Below, piece by piece: positions 35,701 to 44,024 of a stretch of 64,000 nt of DNA. Where the stretch lies: the NCBI GenBank assembly GCA_017623705.1, contig JAGAOQ010000018.1, forward strand, positions 949-64,948, read 5' to 3'. This DNA comes from Clostridia bacterium. GTDB lineage: Bacteria; Bacillota; Clostridia; Christensenellales; UBA1242. Numbering within the stretch: position 1 is the stretch's first letter; every line of letters starts with the position of its first letter. Below the pieces are notes generated by a model. That model was not told the origin of the DNA and ran no database searches. It worked only from the letters and a program-made list of their open reading frames with translations. A program made the translations under genes and the position numbers.

Positions 35701-37145
35701 TTCATATCAGCAAATGCTGTTGCATTGTCGTGTGGGAAAATTGCTGGTAAAACCAAACCTTGTGTTGGGTTTACGGTAATTTTTTTAGTGGTTGAAGCAT
35801 CTGGTTTTTCGCTCATTGGTAAGCTGGTTGCATAATCATCTAACAAGTCGCTGAAATTTTCGTTCATTTCGTTAACTGCTTCTTCGTTAGCTTTGTCATA
35901 TTGAGCTACCCATGCAAAGTTTGGTTCAGTTGTATCACGGTAGATACGAACACTATCACTCCAATAACGAACATAGGTATTGTTTTCGTCTTGTTCAATA
36001 TTAACACTGTCAGTATCAAATTCTTCGTCTAATTGATAACCGAATAAAGTTGTTGTTTCAAATTGGAAACGATACCAACCCAAACTTTTAACTTTTACGG
36101 TCAAACCGTCAACTTCAAGATATTGGTTAGTTACTTCGCCGTTTTCTTTCACAACCCATTTGCCGTCATTATCTTTTTCAACGGTCAAAGTGTGAATTTT
36201 GTCATTGTTCTTTGCTGACCAATCTTTTGGTTCAGTTGAATATGGAGAACATTGTACTTTGAAAATTTTGGTTTCAGCTTCAACACTGAAAGAAGTTGCA
36301 TCAACTTTGGCACTGTCTGCCGTTGGAGCAGTCAAATTAACTGCTGAATAGTAAGCTAAATTTTTAACACTTGGTGCCGATGGAATATTAGCAAAAGTTA
36401 CTTCGTCAGCAGTAACATCTTTGATTTCGATATTTGATAAAGGTAAAACTGACAATAATTTGCTACCGTCTGCATTATATAAGTGGTAAGCAACTCTTAA
36501 TGTACCAGTTTTGTTTGCTTCCATATCAATTACCAAACCGTTTTGGTCAATCGCAATTTGGTCATTATAGGAACGGTTTTCTAATGATACGTTGGCAGTT
36601 AAACGATAAGCAACTGCACCGTCAACTGTGATGTTAGCGAAGTTACCGCTACCCTTTTCAATCTTTTCAACTTTCACAGCTTTACCGTCAACTTTATAAG
36701 CACTTGGCAATGGTAAAGTTAATTTGTCTAAATTTTTTGGTGCCACAGTCGCAACATTGCTTGGCATTGTCATTGCATAGGCTGCATCGGTTACGGTAAC
36801 AACTTGTGTGGTAAACAACGTGTCGTTAGCATAGAAACGCCATTCGTATTGACCGATTTCTTCGTAAGTGTACTCATCGCCACTAAGATCAATGTAACGA
36901 CCAGCGTGGCACAACTTAACTTCACCACCCGAAATTTCCGGCATGGCAATCTTAGTGCCGATTTCCACACTACGTGTCGGTAAGTCCGTAATCGCATATT
37001 GTGTACCTGCGGAAACACCCATGGTGTTAACACGCAAAGCTGCTGCCACGGAAACTACCGGACTAAACACACCCATAATTGCCACTAACATAACCACAAT
37101 GGCAGGTGCAAATAAATGTTTCAATGATTTTTTCAATTTGTCCAT
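32730..37145 (-). CDS. Giant surface protein (1471 aa): signal peptide, long T/N/D/V-rich beta-type ectodomain, single C-terminal TM, K/E-rich tail
   Basis: N-terminus LFAPAIVVMLVAIMGVFSPVVSVAAA. C-terminal TM WGIILIVLSVGLLAGVIYYFV (about 32877-32939). Tail KKDEQKKDEVKKEEAEKDAK. No LPXTG motif. Confidence 0.8.
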   Translation of the reverse strand: MDKLKKSLKHLFAPAIVVMLVAIMGVFSPVVSVAAALRVNTMGVSAGTQYAITDLPTRSVEIGTKIAMPEISGGEVKLCHAGRYIDLSGDEYTYEEIGQYEWRFYANDTLFTTQVVTVTDAAYAMTMPSNVATVAPKNLDKLTLPLPSAYKVDGKAVKVEKIEKGSGNFANITVDGAVAYRLTANVSLENRSYNDQIAIDQNGLVIDMEANKTGTLRVAYHLYNADGSKLLSVLPLSNIEIKDVTADEVTFANIPSAPSVKNLAYYSAVNLTAPTADSAKVDATSFSVEAETKIFKVQCSPYSTEPKDWSAKNNDKIHTLTVEKDNDGKWVVKENGEVTNQYLEVDGLTVKVKSLGWYRFQFETTTLFGYQLDEEFDTDSVNIEQDENNTYVRYWSDSVRIYRDTTEPNFAWVAQYDKANEEAVNEMNENFSDLLDDYATSLPMSEKPDASTTKKITVNPTQGLVLPAIFPHDNATAFADMKVTAVNIDQIQDQNGDTVSDNYVWSTEKDNGDNSKYFVYDMSKRLQISFVDEGVSRTNGNNNVVLVNHPGLYRVRITVEEKQPTYADGEKYSAGYANQKTKYMYFYVDDKFECETSANDSNSPVIDENNVFQVSDVYLWEGNNFEFKKPTFSDAHTPNDAIQTDYYFVGYKGTSYDILSKLDASSNALRVNVDLENLYTYDDVKDENTETKLALADITNGGYSKFYIYAVARNFNAMQSNLKAKMNVTTPDMEATDAVFKTQLFTGAHNDKDELAQYGYAWKRAEFNINTVDTTSAVADITSEFNTGNQYKAGQEVIIDTITADWGANPVDGQMSVAVYKVNADNVLVPVNVVNSDDEVVSSVSFNRALYTLKNLSFTPTNGKYILVVTAKNHASNKSNTLVREITIDSNDTDVEVSPLSLNPMATSDYTVDKTISIGESLVLPNWIVNKGSDKYFAKNRQLFLYDSNGDIADTASGNYTITVLNVNDANCIIGNKFAPNQNGQYVFQYNFYLGASEDSIKTVNYVVQVNGDSSADANIRMGEDYGVEKVLWNAGVTFTGTGEQATIGGTSGTTYDVGTGDTGTDKKPAFAITLNQFTMSNYGAATDFVVDSASLFDYLEPIYKDGAITGYMYPAIAIPLPNMVGEATSSDDVEITVQKSGNSSYLVSNKKKNAGGSANKASVIDKIGDYYVFRPEGKFAADCKDNYDADTYLKATTSQSGAAGVYTVAYKTNDTSLSFNVTFGNVQNGSLSWNEGFLTYDNDDGEGKQEISNDNASEVVIEEIDGHRYVTIDMSKVYFTGNADMEDLIAQGPNPENNNDGYDQAKLAEAYYMENVKVTVSFEGGAFIDYSDWKDTEDETTAIKITEDGKFMYKFDLSKGSGTYKVNISMPNKYTASSVSASIEFTIDVDVTNKKTNLNNVWGIILIVLSVGLLAGVIYYFVKTARATRFVDAPRMAKNKIKAPKANEEPKKDEQKKDEVKKEEAEKDAK

Positions 37146-37151
37146 GATGAT

Positions 37152-37180
37152 AATATAAAACCAAACCGCAAGATTGGCAA
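37152..37180 (-). promoter_or_regulatory. Promoter for the 1471-aa gene (predicted leaderless)
   Basis: On the minus strand: TTGCCA (37180-37175), N17, TATATT (37157-37152), N6, ATG 37145. Confidence 0.5.
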
Positions 37181-37200
37181 GATATTATTTGCAACAATTC

Positions 37201-37230
37201 TTGACTTTATTTCAAAAACAAGACTACAAT
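37201..37230 (+). promoter_or_regulatory. Promoter for corA (predicted leaderless)
   Basis: TTGACT (37201-37206), N18, TACAAT (37225-37230), N5, ATG 37236. Confidence 0.6.
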
Positions 37231-37235
37231 AAGTT

Positions 37236-38270
37236 ATGACAAACGTAATGATCAACCGTGATGGCAAATGCGTGAAGTTGGAACATGCCAATTTATTGGA
37301 CTTACCCAAAGACGAACGCATCTGGATTCAACTTGTCAATCCTAATGAAATTGAAGTTCATCGTATTATTGATGAGCTAAATATTCCCGAAGATTTTGTG
37401 CGTTCTGCACTGGACGATGAAGAAGGACCACGTCTGGACAAAGATGAAGACACTCAATATACATTGATGGTTTTCGACATTCCTGTCATTCAACGTGAGC
37501 ATAACAGTGATGCTCCCTACACCACGATTCCGTTATCGGTAATTAAGAAAGATAACGTTACGGTTACCGTTTGTTTACAAGACAATTTCAAATTCCAAGA
37601 AATCAAACAAGGTACGTTACGCACCAACATCTTATTGGATAGTAAAAAAATCGACTACCAATTCTTATTAGCGTTCCATAGTCTATATGAAGTCTACTTG
37701 CGTGCGATTGACCGTTCCAGTACACGTTTGGAAAGTAAATTGATGCAATCTCGTGATACCGATACCAACTTGCGTGAATTGATGCGTTTGAAAAATGCTT
37801 TGATTTACTTTGCGTCTTCCTTACGTCAAAACATTATTGTTGCCGAAAAGCTCATGGCTCAAAAGAACTTGACCGAAGATGATATTGAAACTTTGGACAA
37901 CATCGTCATTGAAATTAAACAAGCGTTCGCAACTTGCAACCTACAACGAGAGTTGATGACCGAAACGATGAGTACTTATTCAAACATTGTGAGCAATCAG
38001 TTGGCAGAACGTATGCGTTTGTTAACCATTGTTACCATTATCCTAGCAATTCCAACTTTGATTGCTGGTGTTTACGGTATGAACGTTCCACTACCCTTCG
38101 ATAATTTAGGTAACTTAATTCCGTTCTTTATTGTCTGTGCGTTCATGATAGTTCCTTGTATCCTCGTAGCAATCTTCATGATTCCAAACCGTCATGCAAT
38201 CAATAAACCACACAAGAAAAGTCAACACCGCAAACATAATCACAAAGCGAAATTAGAAAGCGACGACTAA
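37236..38270 (+). CDS. corA: CorA family magnesium/cobalt transporter
   Basis: C-terminal two TM segments with the GVYGMNV (GMN) motif. Confidence 0.9.
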   Translation: MTNVMINRDGKCVKLEHANLLDLPKDERIWIQLVNPNEIEVHRIIDELNIPEDFVRSALDDEEGPRLDKDEDTQYTLMVFDIPVIQREHNSDAPYTTIPLSVIKKDNVTVTVCLQDNFKFQEIKQGTLRTNILLDSKKIDYQFLLAFHSLYEVYLRAIDRSSTRLESKLMQSRDTDTNLRELMRLKNALIYFASSLRQNIIVAEKLMAQKNLTEDDIETLDNIVIEIKQAFATCNLQRELMTETMSTYSNIVSNQLAERMRLLTIVTIILAIPTLIAGVYGMNVPLPFDNLGNLIPFFIVCAFMIVPCILVAIFMIPNRHAINKPHKKSQHRKHNHKAKLESDD

Positions 38271-38278
38271 ATTAAAAC

Positions 38279-39847
38279 TTAATGATGATTTGCTAATAAC
38301 GCCCGTGCATGTGCCAAGGCAGTTTCGCCGCCGCCAATGATACGGGCGATTTCTTTTTCACGAGCTGGTAAATCTAACGGATAAACGTTAGTAACCGTTT
38401 GCTCCGCACTAACATTTTTTTGAATCAAGAAATGCGTATCCGCCTTAGCTGCGACCGCAGCCAAATGTGTTACCACCAAAATTTGTGATTGCTGTGCTAA
38501 CGAACGCAATTTTTCCGCCAAAGCAACACCCATTTGTCCCGAAATTCCCGTGTCAATTTCATCAAAGACCAAAGTCTTTTCCGGATTCGGGTTCGCCACA
38601 GTTTTAACCGCCAACATTAAACGGCTCATTTCCCCACCCGAAATAATTTGTGCCAACGGACGCAAAGGTTGTCCCACGTTCGCCGAAAATAAAAACTCAA
38701 CCGCATCTGCTCCATTGCTTTTAGGTTCAACCGCTGTGAACTGGACGGCAAATTGCGTTTGTGCCATACCTAAATCTTTCAGTTGTTCAATCAAACGGTT
38801 GGCTAACTCATGCCCCGCCGCTTGTCGAGCTTGCGTAACCGCCGTCGCTAATTGTTGGACAATCGCCGTTTGTTGAGCAATCTGGGTTTGCAAAGCTTGA
38901 ATCTTATCGCCTGCCGACAATAACCGTGCTTGCTCAGCTTGTGTTTTAGCTAGAAAAGCCAGTATTTCGGGAATCGTTGCTCCGTATTTGCGTTTCAAAT
39001 TTTTGATTTCATCTAAACGGTCATACACACTTTCCAAAGCATCGGCACTAAAATCCATATTGTCCGCATAATCACGCAATTCCATAAATATATCGCCGAG
39101 TTCACCACTTGCCACACTTAACCGCTCTGCCAAGGTTTGTAACTTACTGTCGTACTGTTGAATCCCGAGCAAACGCTTTTGAGCTGTTCCAATTCCGCTA
39201 TCCGCATCACCACAATAGTCAATTACTTGTTGCAAGCCCTCCGCCAACTTTTCGGCATTGCGTAATACCAAAGCTCGTTGGTTCAAACTTTCTTCTTCGT
39301 CGACCGACAAGTTTGCCCGCTCAATTTCGTTGATTTGATATTGATATAAATCCAACAAGCGAGCCCGTTCTTCGGGATTGTCGCCGTAGGTTGCTAACTC
39401 ATGACGTAAAGTTTGTAACTGGCTGTACGCTGTTTGGTAAGCGGTTAAATCAGTTTTTGCAAAAGCGTCCAAAATATTTAAGTGATTTTTAGGGTCTAAT
39501 AATTTTTCGGTATCGTGTTGTCCGTGAATATCAATGAGATGACTTGCCACTTCCCGTAAACCTTTCAAAGTCATCGGTTCATCGTTAACCCGAATTTCAC
39601 TTTTCCCGTTCGCATGTAAGGTACGCACAATAATGGTATCGTCGAAAACCGCCGTTACCCGAGCAAACTCTGCACCATGGCGAATTGCGTTCACCGATAA
39701 TTTATCGCCAAAAATGAAGTTCAAACTCCCGATAATAATCGACTTCCCCGCCCCCGTTTCACCAGTTAAGACGTTAAACGCTGACCCAAAGTTAATTTCA
39801 ACTGCGGGAATTAAAGCCATGTTTTGAATCCGCAACGTATTCAGCAT
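38279..39847 (-). CDS. recN: DNA repair protein RecN
   Basis: NVLTGETGAGKSIII Walker A, a long coiled coil, and a C-terminal ISGGEMSRLMLA signature with LVFDEIDTGISG. Confidence 0.9.
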   Translation of the reverse strand: MLNTLRIQNMALIPAVEINFGSAFNVLTGETGAGKSIIIGSLNFIFGDKLSVNAIRHGAEFARVTAVFDDTIIVRTLHANGKSEIRVNDEPMTLKGLREVASHLIDIHGQHDTEKLLDPKNHLNILDAFAKTDLTAYQTAYSQLQTLRHELATYGDNPEERARLLDLYQYQINEIERANLSVDEEESLNQRALVLRNAEKLAEGLQQVIDYCGDADSGIGTAQKRLLGIQQYDSKLQTLAERLSVASGELGDIFMELRDYADNMDFSADALESVYDRLDEIKNLKRKYGATIPEILAFLAKTQAEQARLLSAGDKIQALQTQIAQQTAIVQQLATAVTQARQAAGHELANRLIEQLKDLGMAQTQFAVQFTAVEPKSNGADAVEFLFSANVGQPLRPLAQIISGGEMSRLMLAVKTVANPNPEKTLVFDEIDTGISGQMGVALAEKLRSLAQQSQILVVTHLAAVAAKADTHFLIQKNVSAEQTVTNVYPLDLPAREKEIARIIGGGETALAHARALLANHH

Positions 39848-40035
39848 TATTCCTCCATTAACTTTTCCACGTCGTCAATCACTTCGTAAACCTTGCCTTC
39901 GGCTTGATCCAGTTCTTGTAAAACCGTTTTCACTAATTGAGCACCACTAATAAAACTATCCAAAGCTTGATCGATTCGTTTCTCCGCTTGAATGGTTTGT
40001 GTCAACTTTTCTAATTCAGTAATTGTTTTATTCAT
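39847..40035 (-). CDS. xseB: Exodeoxyribonuclease VII small subunit
   Basis: 62-aa helical protein overlapping the xseA 3' end by 8 nt. The position and size are canonical. Confidence 0.7.
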   Translation of the reverse strand: MNKTITELEKLTQTIQAEKRIDQALDSFISGAQLVKTVLQELDQAEGKVYEVIDDVEKLMEE

Positions 40036-41026
40036 CGACTGTTACTCCAATTCTACCATCATTAAAGCAAATTTGCAATTTGTCTTTCGGGTGCAAATCA
40101 CGGACACTCTTCACCACTTGGCCGTTTTTTGCTACCGCCACAAAATCCTTGGGAAATAAATTCAAAAAACCTAACGCTTGGGTGCGAACTTGTTGTAAGC
40201 GACTGGTAATACTATATTTCATTTGCGACCAAAGACGTAACACAACATCTTTTTGCGAAATCAATTCGGGAATCACCATTTCCGCCGCTGCCGATGGCGT
40301 CGGGGCACGTAAGTCAGCAACATAATCCACCAAAGTAAAATCCGTTTCATGCCCAACCGCCGCTACGATGGGCAGTTCACTCCCCGCCACTGCACGAGCA
40401 ATGTTTTCGGTATTAAAACAAGACAAATCTTCGTTTGAACCACCACCCCGAGCTACGATAATCAAGTCGACGTTTTTGGTACGGTTAAAGTAGTCAATCC
40501 CCGCACAAACTTCACGGACAGCATTTTCACCTTGCACCGCCGCAGGATAAAGCACAATATCCACCGACGGATTACGTCGTTTCGTAACATTCATAATATC
40601 ATGAATCACTGCCCCGTAACGAGAACTAACCACACCAATGCGTTTAACTTTGGCAGGCATCGCTTTCTTCTTATCGAACAGACCTTCTTTTTTTAATTTT
40701 TCGGTTAAAGCTTTCAGTTGTTCTAACAAATCGCCTGCCCCAGTTTTAACCAAAGCATAGACATTGAAATTGATTTTTCCAGCTTTTTGCCAGTAATCGA
40801 CTGTACCACGCACCGTTACTTGATCGCCGTTTTTAACCGCACAACGACTTTGTTCCCAACAAACACACGGAATAGTTGCTTCACGATCACGTAAGGTAAA
40901 CCAAACGCCGTTACCACGAACCGACGCACCCGAAACTTCACCCGTCAAAAGCACATTATGTAACATCTCCTCGGCAACGAAAACCGACTTGATGTAGTTA
41001 TTTAATTGAGTTACCGATAACTCCAT
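40028..41026 (-). CDS. xseA: Exodeoxyribonuclease VII large subunit (short form, 332 aa)
   Basis: The N-terminal OB fold starts SVTQLNNYIKSVF, with IGVVSS..GAVIHDI and IIVARGGGS motifs. Confidence 0.85.
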   Translation of the reverse strand: MELSVTQLNNYIKSVFVAEEMLHNVLLTGEVSGASVRGNGVWFTLRDREATIPCVCWEQSRCAVKNGDQVTVRGTVDYWQKAGKINFNVYALVKTGAGDLLEQLKALTEKLKKEGLFDKKKAMPAKVKRIGVVSSRYGAVIHDIMNVTKRRNPSVDIVLYPAAVQGENAVREVCAGIDYFNRTKNVDLIIVARGGGSNEDLSCFNTENIARAVAGSELPIVAAVGHETDFTLVDYVADLRAPTPSAAAEMVIPELISQKDVVLRLWSQMKYSITSRLQQVRTQALGFLNLFPKDFVAVAKNGQVVKSVRDLHPKDKLQICFNDGRIGVTVDE

Positions 41027-41027
41027 T

Positions 41028-41429
41028 TTACTCCGCCAATTTGGCTAAAATACCATTCACGAAACTACCACTCTGTGGCTCGCCGTACTTCTTTGCTAAA
41101 TTCACTGCCTCGTTGATAATTACGGCAGTCGGGACTGATCCCAACATCATCTCCGCCATTGCCAAACGCAGAATTGCTAAATCAGTTTGACGTAAGCGAT
41201 CCAAAGTCCACTTTTGTAAATGTTCACTAATGCGTTGGTCAATCTTGGCTTGTAAATCACAGAAAGTATTGACAACTTGATTGATGTATTGTCGTTCTGG
41301 TTCGGGAGCAGTCTTGCCGTCCAAAGCCAATGCCCACGCATCATCGTCCAATGCTGTTGCTTTGCCCACAGCAAAAATCAAACGGAAAGCAACTTCACGA
41401 GATTCACTTCTGCTTAGTGCTTGCCCCAT
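41028..41429 (-). CDS. nusB: Transcription antitermination factor NusB
   Basis: SRSESREVAFRLIF.. is typical of NusB. I chose the start at 41429; the ORF track extends to 41465. Confidence 0.85.
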   Translation of the reverse strand: MGQALSRSESREVAFRLIFAVGKATALDDDAWALALDGKTAPEPERQYINQVVNTFCDLQAKIDQRISEHLQKWTLDRLRQTDLAILRLAMAEMMLGSVPTAVIINEAVNLAKKYGEPQSGSFVNGILAKLAE

Positions 41430-41769
41430 ACTTGGCACCCCGTACATAAATATTAACTTTGTCAATTTTGTCTTTGGTAAATTGACTAGCAGTATTCAAC
41501 ACAGCTTCTTGTACACGGTAAGCAACATCTGGCACAGGGAAACCCGTTAAAACAGATAAATTAACATCAACAATTAAGTGGTTACTATCTTTGCAACGAC
41601 TAATTTTAATGCCTGTGTCTTTAACCTTATTTTTATATGGTTTCTTGCCAACGCCAGCAACACCAGGAACTTCCTTAATCGAAAGTGCCAAAGATTCTTT
41701 TAACAAGTCGCTTGCGAAACGTGTCTGCCCAAGGTACTCGCCATTTTCAATGTGAATAATCGTTTCCAT
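41404..41769 (-). CDS. Asp23/Gls24 family envelope-stress protein
   Basis: IHIENGEYLGQTRFASDLLKESLALSIKEVPGVAGV resembles Asp23. Its position upstream of nusB matches B. subtilis yqhY. Confidence 0.8.
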   Translation of the reverse strand: METIIHIENGEYLGQTRFASDLLKESLALSIKEVPGVAGVGKKPYKNKVKDTGIKISRCKDSNHLIVDVNLSVLTGFPVPDVAYRVQEAVLNTASQFTKDKIDKVNIYVRGAKYGASTKQK

Positions 41770-41772
41770 TAT

Positions 41773-42435
41773 TTATAGTTTAATATATTTTGCCAAGGTG
41801 TCAATGGTTTGTTCCAACGTTAAATTACTGTTATCAATGTAGATTGCATCGGGAGCTTGTCGTAACGGAGCAATCGCACGGTTCATATCTTGTTCATCAC
41901 GTTCTTTAACTTGTGCCATAACTTCCAACAAGGAGTACTCCTCCCCTTTGGCATCTAAATCAGCTTTACGACGTTTCGCACGTACTTCTAACGAAGCGGT
42001 TAAAAAGAACTTGTAATCAGCGTTGGGTAAAACTACCGTACCAATATCACGCCCTTCCAAAATGTAGTTACCTTGCGACGCTACCAAAGCAATTTGGCGA
42101 TTAACATAATCACGTACACCGACGTAAGCCGCAACAACAGGAACCGCTAAACTAACACGGTTTTCACGAATTCGTGGCGTTACATCTTGCCCTTGTGTAA
42201 AAACACGCAAGTCGTGATTTTCGGCTAAATACAAACGCACGCTAATTTTATTCAAAGACATTAAAATCTTTTTTTCGTCGTGAATATCAATTTCGTTGTC
42301 TAACAAGAACAACGTTACCGCACGGTAAATTGCACCAGTGTCTAATGCTGGTATACCTAATTTCTTTGATAACCCTTTGGTTACCGCTCCTTTACCACTC
42401 GCTACTGGTCCGTCAATCGCAATGTTAATACTCAT
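41773..42435 (-). CDS. cmk: Cytidylate kinase
   Basis: IAIDGPVASGKGAVTK P-loop. 220 aa. Confidence 0.9.
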   Translation of the reverse strand: MSINIAIDGPVASGKGAVTKGLSKKLGIPALDTGAIYRAVTLFLLDNEIDIHDEKKILMSLNKISVRLYLAENHDLRVFTQGQDVTPRIRENRVSLAVPVVAAYVGVRDYVNRQIALVASQGNYILEGRDIGTVVLPNADYKFFLTASLEVRAKRRKADLDAKGEEYSLLEVMAQVKERDEQDMNRAIAPLRQAPDAIYIDNSNLTLEQTIDTLAKYIKL

Positions 42436-43202
42436 AATTTAATTCCCGCCTTTTGTAAAGCAGTTACTGCCTCCCCTTTTAATAAATCTAATTTTAATGG
42501 TGTCATCGTAATGTACCCTTGTTTGAGCCAATACAAATCAGCTTTTTGCTCGTAAGCGTCTAAGCCAAATTCCATGAGCGGACTCTTTAACCAAGCAAAT
42601 GTTGAACCAAACGGATTGACTTCAATTTCATATTCGTTATCCAACAGTCCGTCAGTTAAATGTGTCGGCATGATGTTTTTCGGCTTAACCTTTTCCGGAA
42701 AGTTGACGTTCAACACACCGTAATCCGGAGTATGCTTTGCCAAAAATTCCAACCGACGAGCCACAAACTTAGCCACTTTTCGATAAGCACGTTCTTTCTT
42801 TTCGTTCGCAATTACCGCACTCACCGCAATGCTTTTAATCCCTTGAATTGCCCCTTCAATCGCTGTCGATACGACACCACTGGTATAAATCATATTACCA
42901 CGATTATTCACGGGGTCAATTCCGGTAATAATCATGTCGGGTTTATCTAACAAAAGTTTATCCAACGCCAAAGCAACACAATCACATGGCGTCCCGTCAA
43001 CCGACCAAATTTTTACGTTATCTAAAACAAACCATTGTTCTGCGTGTAAGGGACGTTGGTCAACCGTTAAGGAATGTCCTGCCCCAACTTGCTTTGTCAA
43101 TGGGGCAACAATGCAAACTCGGTGGTCCTTACATAATTCTTTCGCCAGGGCGACAATGCCCGGGTGGAAACAACCTGCCTCGTTCGTTAAAAGAATTTTC
43201 AT
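42432..43202 (-). CDS. surE: SurE-like protein with a degenerate metal-binding site
   Basis: SurE-like features are DGTPCDCVALAL, ITGID..N.G..IYTSGVVSTAIEG. The N-terminus reads MKILLTNEAG where NDDG is canonical. Confidence 0.7.
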   Translation of the reverse strand: MKILLTNEAGCFHPGIVALAKELCKDHRVCIVAPLTKQVGAGHSLTVDQRPLHAEQWFVLDNVKIWSVDGTPCDCVALALDKLLLDKPDMIITGIDPVNNRGNMIYTSGVVSTAIEGAIQGIKSIAVSAVIANEKKERAYRKVAKFVARRLEFLAKHTPDYGVLNVNFPEKVKPKNIMPTHLTDGLLDNEYEIEVNPFGSTFAWLKSPLMEFGLDAYEQKADLYWLKQGYITMTPLKLDLLKGEAVTALQKAGIKL

Positions 43203-43999
43203 TTCAAGACCTCCTTTTGCATTTGTTCTAGGTACGCCACATCGGTACTGTTGTAAGTTAATGGTGCCATGATGATATAATTTTTCTTAAAATAACTCAT
43301 GCCTGCCGTCGGAGAAACATCAGCACTCGCCGAACTATCACGTTCAACCAACTGTGCCCAGTAGTACTTGTTGCCCTTGCAGTCCACCTTTTCCAAATAA
43401 CGGGTCATCTTGGTTAAGTTATCCATGGACGAAATGCCAACACCTTGGAAGTCATCATACTTTTTAACAATCGGGATTGTAACGTTCAAGAATGTATCTG
43501 TCGGCAACTTGGCCTTAGCAAACTTATCCACGTTTTTGGCAATGAACTGTGCCGCTGGCAATAAATCAGCTTCCTTATGTCCACCGAGTTGCATTGGAAC
43601 ACCAACCGCAATGCAAGGTACATTATTAAACGCAGCTTGCATCGCCATACCAATATTCGACGAACAAAATACGTCCGTGCCTAACGAAATACCATTGCTA
43701 ATCCCGCAAATGACAAGCTGTGGTTTGCGGTGCTTCATAATATTGCCCAACATAATCGAAATCATGTCGGCAGGTGTCCCTTGGAATTTATAGGCAGGAA
43801 TCCGTGTCCCGTTAATCACGTAATTTGAAATTTGCTTGTACTTAATCGGGAAACCACTGTAAGAAAAAGCATTCCCTTTTTGACGGGCTGAACCTTCCAA
43901 AGAACAAACAGTTACCGAATGTTTTTTTGACAACTCACCCGCCAAAACTTTCAATTCGGCAGACTCTAAATTTCTCACATTTGCAATTAGGATATTCAT
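43199..43999 (-). CDS. Second, more divergent SurE-like paralogue
   Basis: QGTPADMISIML and ICGISNGISLGTDVFCSSNIGMAMQAA resemble SurE. The N-terminus reads MNILIANVRN, with no DD pair. Shares an ATGA overlap with the downstream paralogue. Confidence 0.55.
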   Translation of the reverse strand: MNILIANVRNLESAELKVLAGELSKKHSVTVCSLEGSARQKGNAFSYSGFPIKYKQISNYVINGTRIPAYKFQGTPADMISIMLGNIMKHRKPQLVICGISNGISLGTDVFCSSNIGMAMQAAFNNVPCIAVGVPMQLGGHKEADLLPAAQFIAKNVDKFAKAKLPTDTFLNVTIPIVKKYDDFQGVGISSMDNLTKMTRYLEKVDCKGNKYYWAQLVERDSSASADVSPTAGMSYFKKNYIIMAPLTYNSTDVAYLEQMQKEVLK

Positions 44000-44007
44000 T
44001 AGTTTTA

Positions 44008-44016
44008 TGATATACT
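44008..44016 (+). promoter_or_regulatory. Extended -10 element for the pseudouridine synthase gene (predicted leaderless)
   Basis: TGaTATACT (44008-44016), N8, ATG 44025. No SD. Confidence 0.45.
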
Positions 44017-44024
44017 TTTTTTAG

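Noticed and set aside
42432-42435. Possibility of a Mollicutes-type genetic code (TGA = Trp), given the reduced, AT-leaning, Firmicute-like genome.
   Set aside because: TGA acts as a stop in the ATGA overlaps at 42432-42435 and 43199-43202 and at 41404. Trp is encoded by TGG throughout, and multi-kb ORFs are open under code 11.
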